Shown here piece after piece: positions 39,082 through 47,964 of a stretch of DNA of 64,000 bases. Source of the DNA: Nitrospirota bacterium (GTDB taxonomy: Bacteria; Nitrospirota; Thermodesulfovibrionia; Thermodesulfovibrionales; Dissulfurispiraceae). Below the pieces are notes generated by a model. It was not told the DNA's origin, ran no database searches, and saw nothing but the letters and a program-made list of their open reading frames with translations. Numbering within the stretch: position 1 is the stretch's first letter; each line of letters begins with the position of its first letter. Location: NCBI GenBank assembly GCA_963710375.1, contig CAVPZX010000002.1:288001-352000 (forward strand), written 5' to 3'. Made by a program: the position numbers and the translations under genes.

Positions 39082-39209
39082 ACTATCTCCTTTCAAAAAT
39101 GGCGCTATAAAAAGACATGTTACGGATAGTAACATAGCAAAAATAAAGATGTCTATTAGTTCTTCTTTATAACCTTATAATAACTGTTTATTTTATAACA
39201 GCCCACGAA

Positions 39210-39977
39210 CTATGGAATATTTAATGACGTCAAAATACCGAACAGCGCCTGAACGGATTTCGATTCTTCAGGAAGCTTTAATACAGGCTTCCCCTCAAGG
39301 TCAAATTTAAAAATCGCCTCATCCTGCGGGACGAGGCCGGCTACGGTAACACCTGCCTTCTCGGCCATCGTCTTAAGGTCTTCCCCCTCGTATCCGATCA
39401 CCCTGTTGATGATCAGCACCCTACGGTCCACCTCGAGATGCAATTCCTCAACAAGGTTATTGATCCGCTCTGCAGTCATCACGCCTTTCACCGTAGGGTC
39501 GCTGACAATTATAAGCACATTGACTTTGTGAGTGGTCCTCCTGCTCAAATGCTCCATACCGGCCTCGTTGTCGATCACAACGTACGGATACTTCTCAGAC
39601 AGCAGATCGGTGTACTTCCTTATTATATTATTTGCCGCGCAGTAACAGCCGGGACCCTCGGGCCTCCCCATGACCATGAGATCAAACCCTTCAGCCTCGA
39701 TAATCGACTGCTGCACCTGATAGTCGAAGAGCTGCTCCATCGCCATTCCGCCGGGCCTGCTGCCGCCTTCCCTCACAGCCTGTAGAGACTCTTCCCTGAG
39801 ACTGCCGATAGTTGCGTGGACCTCGACTCCAAGCGCCTCGTTCAGGCACGCATTGCTGTCTGCGTCAACCGCGAGGACCGGCCCCTTTCTTTTATCAAGC
39901 AGGTATTTCACAACCAATCCTGCCAAGCTTGTCTTCCCTGTGCCGCCTTTGCCTGCAAAAGCAATAGTAAACGCCAT
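39210..39977 (-). CDS. cooC: CooC/AcsF nickel-insertion ATPase
   Basis: AGKGGTGKT, GPGCYC..N and DNEAGMEHLSR motifs. Confidence 0.92.
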   Translation of the reverse strand: MAFTIAFAGKGGTGKTSLAGLVVKYLLDKRKGPVLAVDADSNACLNEALGVEVHATIGSLREESLQAVREGGSRPGGMAMEQLFDYQVQQSIIEAEGFDLMVMGRPEGPGCYCAANNIIRKYTDLLSEKYPYVVIDNEAGMEHLSRRTTHKVNVLIIVSDPTVKGVMTAERINNLVEELHLEVDRRVLIINRVIGYEGEDLKTMAEKAGVTVAGLVPQDEAIFKFDLEGKPVLKLPEESKSVQALFGILTSLNIP

Positions 39978-40625
39978 CTATGATAACCTCCTTAATACAT
40001 CTGTTAACTCCGGCATACTGTTTATTATAAAATCAGCCTCCTGCAACAATTCCAGCGGCCTGTAGCCATAAGTCACTGCCACGGTTTTTATTCCGGCTGA
40101 TTTGCCGGCCTCGATATCATAATTGCTGTCGCCTACAATTATTGCCGCATCAGGCAATATGCCGAGCGTAGAGAGAACATGACATATAGGCAAGGGAGAA
40201 GGCTTTCTCTCATTTAAAGTGTCGCTTCCGACAATTACATCCATGTACTCAGAAAGCCCCAACTGTTCGAGAATTTTTACCGACAGGGACTCGCGCTTAT
40301 TTGAAATGACCGCTTTCCGGAATGCTCCCAACTGCGACAACGTCTCCCTTACGCCGGGATACACAGGCGTATTGTCGATAAGGTGGGCAGAATAATAATA
40401 GACGAACCGCTCAGTCAGAAAATCCCTCTCTGCTTCGATTCCTTCCTTCGCAATGATCTTCTCCATAAGCCTTGATATGCCCTCTCCCACAAGGCTTATG
40501 ACTTCCTGCACCATCAAAGGCTTAACGCCGTAAGGCTCAACCGCATAATTGATCGCATTTGCTATATCAATGCTTGAATCTATCAGGGTTCCGTCCAGAT
40601 CGAATATGATGAGCTTTAAAGACAT
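39978..40625 (-). CDS. HAD phosphatase (phosphoglycolate phosphatase-like)
   Basis: FDLDGTLIDS, SNK, KPSP and VGDS.YDI..G motifs. Confidence 0.88.
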   Translation of the reverse strand: MSLKLIIFDLDGTLIDSSIDIANAINYAVEPYGVKPLMVQEVISLVGEGISRLMEKIIAKEGIEAERDFLTERFVYYYSAHLIDNTPVYPGVRETLSQLGAFRKAVISNKRESLSVKILEQLGLSEYMDVIVGSDTLNERKPSPLPICHVLSTLGILPDAAIIVGDSNYDIEAGKSAGIKTVAVTYGYRPLELLQEADFIINSMPELTDVLRRLS

Positions 40626-40672
40626 CCCTATATATTAATAAAAAACAGAAAAAAAGCTCAATAAATTTTTAT

Positions 40673-43141
40673 TTAGATTTTAAATTCTTTTACGACATTT
40701 TGCAGCTCTGCCGATACACGCTCCAGTTCCCCCGCTGTCTGGGTAGTCTGCGCCATACCGCTGGCAAAATCAGCCGCAACATTGGAAATGCCTCTTATGC
40801 TGGCGGTTATCGACTCGATAGTTGATAGCTGCTCATGAGACGCGGTAGCTATATGTGCAACCATTTCAACTTCTCTGTCGATGCTCTCCACTATTTTGTG
40901 CAACGCTTCGCCTGCTGTATGGGCATAACTCACTGCTGAGTCTACGTCATGCAATCCTCGTCTCATGGCTACCACCGCCTTTTCGGACTCGGACTGGATG
41001 GCGGTTATCATATCCGTTATCTCCGTTGTGGCAGCAGCCGTTCTTTCCGCAAGCTTTCTAACCTCGTCCGCAACAACTGCAAATCCCCTGCCCTGCTCTC
41101 CGGCCCTTGCAGATTCGATTGCGGCATTGAGCGCAAGCAGGTTCGTCTGATCGGCTATGTCTTTGATGACCGATACGATCTCTCCGATCTTTTCCGACTT
41201 GTGCGAAAGATTTTCTATAATTTCGGCCGCATTCTTTACGGTTACCGATACGTTCTTGATGCCTTCCGCAGCCTGAACAACCACTTTGCTTCCATCTGTC
41301 GCTATAGTCTCGGTCTCTTTTGCAAAGGAAGCAGTGGAATGCGCGTTTTCGACGACGTCCTGGAGAGTTGTTGACATCTCCTCGGCTGCCGTCGAAAGGG
41401 TGTTCACTTCGCTTGCCTGCATGTTCGCCCTTTGCGAAAGCTCCTCGGCAGTTGCAGACAATTCGTGAGCCGAAGACGATACGGCATTAGTTTTTTCAGA
41501 TACGGTTGAGACGGATTTATGGAGTTTTTCGACCAGCACGTTGAAACTTTCGCATATCAGTCCAATCTCATCAGCAGACTCCACCTTTAATCTCTTAGTC
41601 AGGTCGCCTTCTGAACTCGCGATATTTCTGATCATCTCTTCTGTGTTTTTCAGCGGCCCCGAAACGCTCCCAATGGTTCTCCAATTCAATACGAACGTTA
41701 TAAGGATTATTATGCCGGACAGAACAAGCATCAAAGTAAGCGACCCCCTGACAGAACTATTCACGCCGCTTACTACTTCCTCCTGCTTCTGGGTAATATT
41801 CCTTACCTGCTCTTCGCCGTGGCTGCTCTGCTCTTTGGTAACATTTTTAATCATGTCTATAGTCTTCAGCATGGCTGCATCACTTTCCAGCACGCTCCGC
41901 TTAGCCCCCAGAATATTTGTCATCGAGCCCTGGACCCTTCTGACCAGCCCTGGCAGCACATCGGCGCTCTTCGCTATTGCAGTCTGTCCCATCTGGACAA
42001 GCACCTTCTTCATCCTTTCGCCGTCTTTCAGCATCTGGTCCTCGATCCTCCGCGTGTCGGAAGATATTCTGTCCAGCTCTGCATCGGATGCGCTGAGCAT
42101 GATAAGGCGCATTTTGGCATCAAGCTCCTTGACATCGATACTCAAAGAGCTGCCGATACCGGTTATCTGGTTTGCGCTCTTTTGGAAATCCATGGAACGT
42201 TCCACATTCTGTCTGTCCTGGACAACCTGCAACTCATATGAATCTATGGTCTCGGATATCTTGGCATTCAGGGTATCTATCGCATTCAAGATATCACTCT
42301 TGAGATTGAGATACTGACCCTCCACATCCTGGCCCTTCAGGATATCCGCCCTCAGTGCGACAAGCCCCGACCCTTCACGGGTGATTTTTTCGTAAAGGCC
42401 CTGCGAGATATCCTTAACCTCTTTGATTATCGGGGGATCGCCCTTTTCATATTCAACGTTCTGAACCGAATCGGCAAGAGCCTTTAACCTTTCCTTTACA
42501 GGATTCAGCTTGAATCTGTTTTTTATTGTCTCTACTTCGCCGGCAACCGCGCCCATATCTTTGATCCGCCCCTGAATGATATACAGCTTTTTAATAGTAC
42601 CGTTCAGCCTGAGATTCAACTGCTGCGCATCACGGAGAGCATTTTCAGCATTCGTATTCAGACCCGTGATACTGTTCTTGATGCCTGTAATAGCTTCGTC
42701 CTCTTTTTTTAACGCGTCCCCTACATTGGCGGATTCGGTCTTGAACAGGGCCATATCTTTAAGCCTCTCCTGGACCGACTGGATTATTGTCTTATGAATG
42801 TTCTTGAAGACACCGGTATCAGCGACAGATGCGTTCTTATCGAGGCGTTCAATATCCGCTTTTGTCGTCTCAAAAGATTTTATATGGTCGTTTATCCGCC
42901 CTGAAATGCGCTCCACCTCGGCAGAGTCGGTCAACATGCCGAGTCTCAGAAAATCAGCGGAGAGCCTTTCAATTGTCTGCTGGAGTTCCAGGGTCTTCAC
43001 CTCGAGAGGTGTCGCTTTTGCGGTCAGACTGTCCAGGCTTGCCTTTATCTTGAGAATTCCGTATGTTCCGATTGCGACAATAAATACGATCCCTAATGCT
43101 GTAAACAAAGCATTGCCTATCATCTTCTTCTTAACAGTCAT
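40673..43141 (-). CDS. Methyl-accepting chemotaxis protein with a very large periplasmic domain
   Basis: Two TM segments, HAMP (GDLT.RL...DEIG), [38 protein letters not shown]. Confidence 0.96.
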   Translation of the reverse strand: MTVKKKMIGNALFTALGIVFIVAIGTYGILKIKASLDSLTAKATPLEVKTLELQQTIERLSADFLRLGMLTDSAEVERISGRINDHIKSFETTKADIERLDKNASVADTGVFKNIHKTIIQSVQERLKDMALFKTESANVGDALKKEDEAITGIKNSITGLNTNAENALRDAQQLNLRLNGTIKKLYIIQGRIKDMGAVAGEVETIKNRFKLNPVKERLKALADSVQNVEYEKGDPPIIKEVKDISQGLYEKITREGSGLVALRADILKGQDVEGQYLNLKSDILNAIDTLNAKISETIDSYELQVVQDRQNVERSMDFQKSANQITGIGSSLSIDVKELDAKMRLIMLSASDAELDRISSDTRRIEDQMLKDGERMKKVLVQMGQTAIAKSADVLPGLVRRVQGSMTNILGAKRSVLESDAAMLKTIDMIKNVTKEQSSHGEEQVRNITQKQEEVVSGVNSSVRGSLTLMLVLSGIIILITFVLNWRTIGSVSGPLKNTEEMIRNIASSEGDLTKRLKVESADEIGLICESFNVLVEKLHKSVSTVSEKTNAVSSSAHELSATAEELSQRANMQASEVNTLSTAAEEMSTTLQDVVENAHSTASFAKETETIATDGSKVVVQAAEGIKNVSVTVKNAAEIIENLSHKSEKIGEIVSVIKDIADQTNLLALNAAIESARAGEQGRGFAVVADEVRKLAERTAAATTEITDMITAIQSESEKAVVAMRRGLHDVDSAVSYAHTAGEALHKIVESIDREVEMVAHIATASHEQLSTIESITASIRGISNVAADFASGMAQTTQTAGELERVSAELQNVVKEFKI

Positions 43142-43186
43142 TTCCTCATCCCCTCAGATGCTTATGATCAATGCGCCTATATCGCT

Positions 43187-44341
43187 CTAATTGCTGATCG
43201 TTGTTATAGGGACAATTTTGCCGTCCTTGATCTCGGTCAGAAACACCGTATTGGATGCCTGATGGTTATCCTTTCCGAGACTGAGCACCATTCCCCCTAT
43301 ATCCACATTTTTCATGTCTTCAAATGCATTTATCAATCCATCTCTCGTCAGGTCCTTGCCGGCCTTTTCTAGCGCCATGCACATTACTTTAGCGGTTATG
43401 CATCCTTCCATGTTCACAAAGCCCGTTTTTTGATCAGGAAAATACTTTGTGATCAAGGTGCCGCATTCCTTGATAATAGGGACCGATGGATCCTCTGGGA
43501 AAGGAACAACCTGCGATATCACTACTCCATCGCCTTCCTTACCGACAGCGCTTACGAGATCATCAGTGCCTACAAAAGACACCGTGGCGAGATGGGCCTT
43601 CAGGCCGTCTGTTTTCGCCTCCTTGATAAAGACGCCAATAGGAGAGTAAGGACCCACCATAATGACAACATCAGGATTCGCCGCCATCACCGATGCGAGG
43701 CCCGTTTTTACGGCAAGGGTATTCCTCTGGAATGTCCCCTTTGCAACTACATCAAGGCCGCGCTTTTTGAGAGCCTTTTCGGTCCCCGAGAGCACAGCTT
43801 GTCCGAACCCGTCATCCTGATAGAAAACAGCAAACTTCTTTGCACCAGTGTCTTTGACAAAGTGTTCAATGAGCATCTCCGGCTCATCGTTGTAGCTGGC
43901 CCTTATGTTTATTATCTCGTGAGTTACCGGATTCCTTAATGTCATTGCACCTGTAAACAGACCTACGAGAGGGACCTTGTCCTCCTTTACTATCGGGATT
44001 ACAGCGTTTGCAGTCGGAGTACCGACATACCCGAACAGAGCGAAGACTTTCTGCCCCTCTATCATCTTCAAGGTCTGATCGATCGCCTTGTCAGGCTCAT
44101 ATCCGTCGTCAGCTACAACAAGATTTATCTTCCTGCCGAGGATACCTCCCTTTGCATTTGCCTCTTTGAAAAAGGCCTCAGCTCCAACACGCATCCCATT
44201 ACCCAATCCTGCAGCCCCTCCGGTCTGCGCATTCACCATTCCGAGTTTGATCTCGGTGTCAGTGACTCCATCGGCAGCATAGAGTCTATTTGCAACAACC
44301 ATAGCACTGATGAGTATTAAGAATACAAGAAACTTCTTCAT
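43187..44341 (-). CDS. Periplasmic solute-binding protein (LivJ/PBP type 1), no permease adjacent
   Basis: Signal peptide; GG..GRKI.L...DDGYEP, GYVGTPT, RASY..E and ISQVVP.P motifs. Confidence 0.9.
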   Translation of the reverse strand: MKKFLVFLILISAMVVANRLYAADGVTDTEIKLGMVNAQTGGAAGLGNGMRVGAEAFFKEANAKGGILGRKINLVVADDGYEPDKAIDQTLKMIEGQKVFALFGYVGTPTANAVIPIVKEDKVPLVGLFTGAMTLRNPVTHEIINIRASYNDEPEMLIEHFVKDTGAKKFAVFYQDDGFGQAVLSGTEKALKKRGLDVVAKGTFQRNTLAVKTGLASVMAANPDVVIMVGPYSPIGVFIKEAKTDGLKAHLATVSFVGTDDLVSAVGKEGDGVVISQVVPFPEDPSVPIIKECGTLITKYFPDQKTGFVNMEGCITAKVMCMALEKAGKDLTRDGLINAFEDMKNVDIGGMVLSLGKDNHQASNTVFLTEIKDGKIVPITTISN

Positions 44342-44668
44342 ACGTCCTCCTTTCGTTGCATTTCATGCCGGACGAAAACCTTCCACAGGCATTGCGGATG
44401 CCGGCTTCGTCCATATTTAGAAATGCTGTTCGTTACGATAGATGTTTTTCCCATTGGAGACATACTGCTTTCGTGACGGTTGCCAAGAAACATTTGAAGA
44501 TACTTCTCCACTCATAAACTTGAGTATTAAATACTTATACAAATCAAAATGTCAACGCCTCGTACAACTCTGTGTCAAGCCAATTTAAAAATATCCGGAT
44601 TTACGCTTTCGCTTTCCTCTCCATTTGCCACGGCTAAATGTCTAACCATCAATCGAGTTAATCATCAA

Positions 44669-44683
44669 GCAAGGACTGTGCCA
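44669..44683 (-). promoter_or_regulatory. Sigma-54 (-24/-12) promoter toward the SBP-MCP operon
   Basis: Minus strand reads TGGCAC-AGTCC-TTGC, an exact consensus. Confidence 0.85.
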
Positions 44684-44744
44684 GACGACACAATGTAGTA
44701 TCTTTTTGATTTATTGGGATTTCTGAGGAATGGGATACATCATC

Positions 44745-44865
44745 AATGTGGATTAATTCCAATGTCTGTGGAAAGATTCCATTGGATAACAAGAAACTCG
44801 AAAGCTTTTCGATGATTAATCATAATTATGTATTTTTTTCATCGACATTGGAATTAATCCACATT
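44745..44865. promoter_or_regulatory. Putative enhancer (UAS) boxes TGGA-N5-TCCA
   Basis: Perfect 22-bp inverted pair at 44745-44766 and 44844-44865, plus a third box TGTGGAAAGATTCCA at 44767. Confidence 0.7.
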
Positions 44866-44927
44866 CATTAATGAAAAACATTCCTCAGAGATCCTAATAA
44901 ATCAGGAAGTTAATACATTGTATCTCT

Positions 44928-44942
44928 TGGCATAGTCCTTGC
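44928..44942 (+). promoter_or_regulatory. Sigma-54 (-24/-12) promoter toward the gene at 45043
   Basis: TGGCAT-AGTCC-TTGC; IHF-like AATCAGGAAGTTA just upstream. Confidence 0.85.
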
Positions 44943-45042
44943 TGCATCATTAAATAATCATAAGATGCAGCAGCCGATGACCCAAAAAGTATGAGTGTTT
45001 TATCGGATAGGCAATATCTTATACGACACATCTGCCGGTTAA

Positions 45043-47883
45043 ATGATAGAGGGGAGGACAGTGGAGACTGTATTACATAAATATGATTCCACAATATTAT
45101 CCGACAATCCCGAGGTTCTCAGCAGGATGAATACATCATACTTGGGCAGCTATATTCAGCGGGAAGTGCCGGATGCCGGGAAGTATATACAGCAGGCTCT
45201 GGCAATACAGGCCTCCCTGTTCGAAAAGGGAGAGCGCAAAAACATCGGTCAGATCATGACCGAAAACGGGTGGATCGGCAATGAGGAGCTTCAGCATTGC
45301 CTTGTCCGGCAGCTGGAGGACCGGCTTGCCGAGATTGAGCTTTTCGAGACCGTACCGTTTGATGTGCTGATGCGGCTGGCCCGCGAATCACGCCAAATAT
45401 CGGTACCTCCAGGAAACGTCATTTTCAACAACAACGACAAAAGCGATAGTTACTTTATAATCGTTTCGGGCAGGGTCGCCATTTCAGACCATGGAGAGGA
45501 TGGAAAGGTCGAAACGACCGCAAGTCTCGGGCCTGGTGATTGCTTCGGTGAGATGACTATGCTCGCCGGCAAGGGAAGCAGCGCAAAATTCACCGCAGAG
45601 GAGAATACGGTGCTGATATTGATTCCGAAGCCGGCCTTCGATTTGATACATGGAACCGGATCTACAGTTTCTCAAGGGTTTATCCGCATACTTGCCGGGC
45701 GACTTATGAAAAGCGCCAACTGGATTTCTGAGGTCAAGGCGGACGAAGAGGCGTACCGTCAGTTTATCGCTGAACAACTTGGAAAGAACGAGCCATCTAT
45801 TATAGGAAGCACGGCAGTAATAAAAAAAGTGCTTGCAGATATAGAGCGGGTTTCTGAAGGCAGCGGGCCGGCGCTGGTGCAAGGCGAAAGCGGAACTGAA
45901 CTCTGGGATGCGGCAGCGCTTATACACAAGAAAAATCGCGAATCAGGGAAGCTCTTGACCTATGATGCAAGGCGGAAGGGTACAGGCTATCGGTCCGGAC
46001 CCTATGAGCGCCGCAGGCAAAGTGATATGCTGAGCCAAATGAGCACCCTGTTCGGGAGGGCTAACTCCATGCAAGCTGAGGAGGGAGGGCGCATCGGACT
46101 CCTCCAGATCGCCGATGGCGGTACTCTGGTCGTTGAACATGTCGAAATGCTCCATTCAAAGGTCCAGCAGAAACTGGCTGAACTTATTGCTACAGGCAAA
46201 TTCCAAATACCCTTTGATAATACAATGCAGTCATCTAGTGTACGTTTGATATTTACTACAAGCGCCGACCTTGCGAATATGGCGGCGAATGGCAACTTTG
46301 ACACAAAACTTCTTGATCTCATAAGCCGGAATATTATCACTTTGCCTGCGCTCAGGAAAAGAAAAAAGGATTTAAGGGAAATAGTCGCTCATATTATAGA
46401 AAGGAACAATCGGCAACTGGGTATGGCCATTGAAGGGCTGGATGATTCTGCCTACAAGGAGATCATGGCCTCTGACTGGCCCGGGAATAGTGAGGAACTC
46501 AACAACGTCATAAGACGCGCAATGATGCTCTGCCGTGACAGAGCGCTGTCTGCCGAACACATCTTCCTGAGTTCTCCTCCGGTCAAAGGACAGGTCACCT
46601 TTGACCTCTTCAAGATTTCCACTGTTAAGGATTTTTTCCTCAACAGCGGTTTTTTTACGACCGCACATTTGGTTATTGCGTCATTCATAGGGATCATCAT
46701 CGTCAGCGGCCTGTTCGGGAACCAGGACCCTGCCAAGAATGCAGCGATCGTTCTTACCTGGGGTTACTGGGAGCCGATTTTCGTGCTGAGCACCTTTTTC
46801 TTCGGCAGGTTATGGTGTGGTGTATGCCCCATCGGCTCGACAATTTCTTTCATCAGCACAAGGGTTGGACTAAAGAAGAAGATACCTCAGTTGCTCCGCA
46901 ATTATGGGATCTATCTCAGCGCGGCAGGAATTGCCGCCATATTTTGGGCCGAGTCTATATCGCACATGGTCATATCTCCAAAGGCGACAGGTCTACTGGT
47001 GCTGACGATATCGCTGTTGGCTTTGTTTACAGGCATGCTCTTCGATCGAAGAACCTGGTGCCGTTACCTATGCCCTATCGGTGCTATCGCCGGATTCTTT
47101 TCAAGTTGTTCGGTAACAGAGCTACGGTCAAATTACAATATCTGCAGTGAGGACTGTATTAAGCACGATTGTTATGTCGGCAATGAGAAAGCAGCAGGAT
47201 GTCCTTTATTTCAGGGACCGTTCTCGCTGAGGACCAACAAAGACTGCGTTCTCTGCGGCAACTGCGTCAGGGCATGTCCGAAGAATTCGATAGCCCTGAA
47301 CCTCCGCATTCCGGGACAGGAACTTTGGGCATCATACCAGATTGAAAAGAGCGCCGTGATTATCTGTTCTACAATGCTCGGCACGCAATTATTCCGTGGT
47401 CTCGAGCATGCCGGTGTCTTCGGTGTGCTTACCTCATCAGACATGTGGTGGCTATGTGCCGCAACAGCGATTCTGTCACTTACGCTTGGCGTTATGGCAG
47501 CTGCAGCCGTCATTGGAAAACTTGTCTTTCCAGTCAGCGATGAGTCTGGCGGGGAAATGTCACGCATCATATACTCCTTCATTCCGCTTTCGTTTTCCTT
47601 TGAGATAGGTTATCACCTGCACAGGATGCTAACGCTTAGCGGTATTTTGCCGGATGTTATTCTCTACCAACTTTTTGGTAATGACAACTATTCGATAAGA
47701 CCGGTCGTAAGTGCTGGTGGCATCAAGACGCTGCAGGTCATTATCATGCTGATCGGCCTAGCCGGCAGCGCCTACGTTGCAAGGCGCATGACAAGTGGCA
47801 TCAGTTCGCCGGAACGGTTTCCAATATGGCCGGCGTTTGTCCTTAACGTTATCCTCACCAGCCTGTTTCTTGCATTTAAGTAA
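45043..47883 (+). CDS. Multidomain membrane sensor: MshEN-like + cNMP-binding + degenerate sigma-54 AAA + NapH/NosR-like polytopic Fe-S domain
   Basis: IGQIMTENGWI....LQHCLVRQ; LGPGDCFGEM; QGESGTE...WPGN without GAFTGA; WCGVCPIG, WCRYLCPIG and CVLCGNCVRACP with many TM segments. Confidence 0.8.
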   Translation: MIEGRTVETVLHKYDSTILSDNPEVLSRMNTSYLGSYIQREVPDAGKYIQQALAIQASLFEKGERKNIGQIMTENGWIGNEELQHCLVRQLEDRLAEIELFETVPFDVLMRLARESRQISVPPGNVIFNNNDKSDSYFIIVSGRVAISDHGEDGKVETTASLGPGDCFGEMTMLAGKGSSAKFTAEENTVLILIPKPAFDLIHGTGSTVSQGFIRILAGRLMKSANWISEVKADEEAYRQFIAEQLGKNEPSIIGSTAVIKKVLADIERVSEGSGPALVQGESGTELWDAAALIHKKNRESGKLLTYDARRKGTGYRSGPYERRRQSDMLSQMSTLFGRANSMQAEEGGRIGLLQIADGGTLVVEHVEMLHSKVQQKLAELIATGKFQIPFDNTMQSSSVRLIFTTSADLANMAANGNFDTKLLDLISRNIITLPALRKRKKDLREIVAHIIERNNRQLGMAIEGLDDSAYKEIMASDWPGNSEELNNVIRRAMMLCRDRALSAEHIFLSSPPVKGQVTFDLFKISTVKDFFLNSGFFTTAHLVIASFIGIIIVSGLFGNQDPAKNAAIVLTWGYWEPIFVLSTFFFGRLWCGVCPIGSTISFISTRVGLKKKIPQLLRNYGIYLSAAGIAAIFWAESISHMVISPKATGLLVLTISLLALFTGMLFDRRTWCRYLCPIGAIAGFFSSCSVTELRSNYNICSEDCIKHDCYVGNEKAAGCPLFQGPFSLRTNKDCVLCGNCVRACPKNSIALNLRIPGQELWASYQIEKSAVIICSTMLGTQLFRGLEHAGVFGVLTSSDMWWLCAATAILSLTLGVMAAAAVIGKLVFPVSDESGGEMSRIIYSFIPLSFSFEIGYHLHRMLTLSGILPDVILYQLFGNDNYSIRPVVSAGGIKTLQVIIMLIGLAGSAYVARRMTSGISSPERFPIWPAFVLNVILTSLFLAFK

Positions 47884-47964
47884 CCTGCCTCTGCCGGTCC
47901 TTTCCTTACGCCTACTCCAATTGCTTTTGATTACCAATGCCGATGAGTTAAAATAGAGGTTGCT

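Noticed and set aside
44590..44640. c-di-GMP-I riboswitch-like words (GGCAAA...GAAA) in the SBP leader
   Set aside because: The expected paired stems and GCAAAG/CTAA elements could not be built
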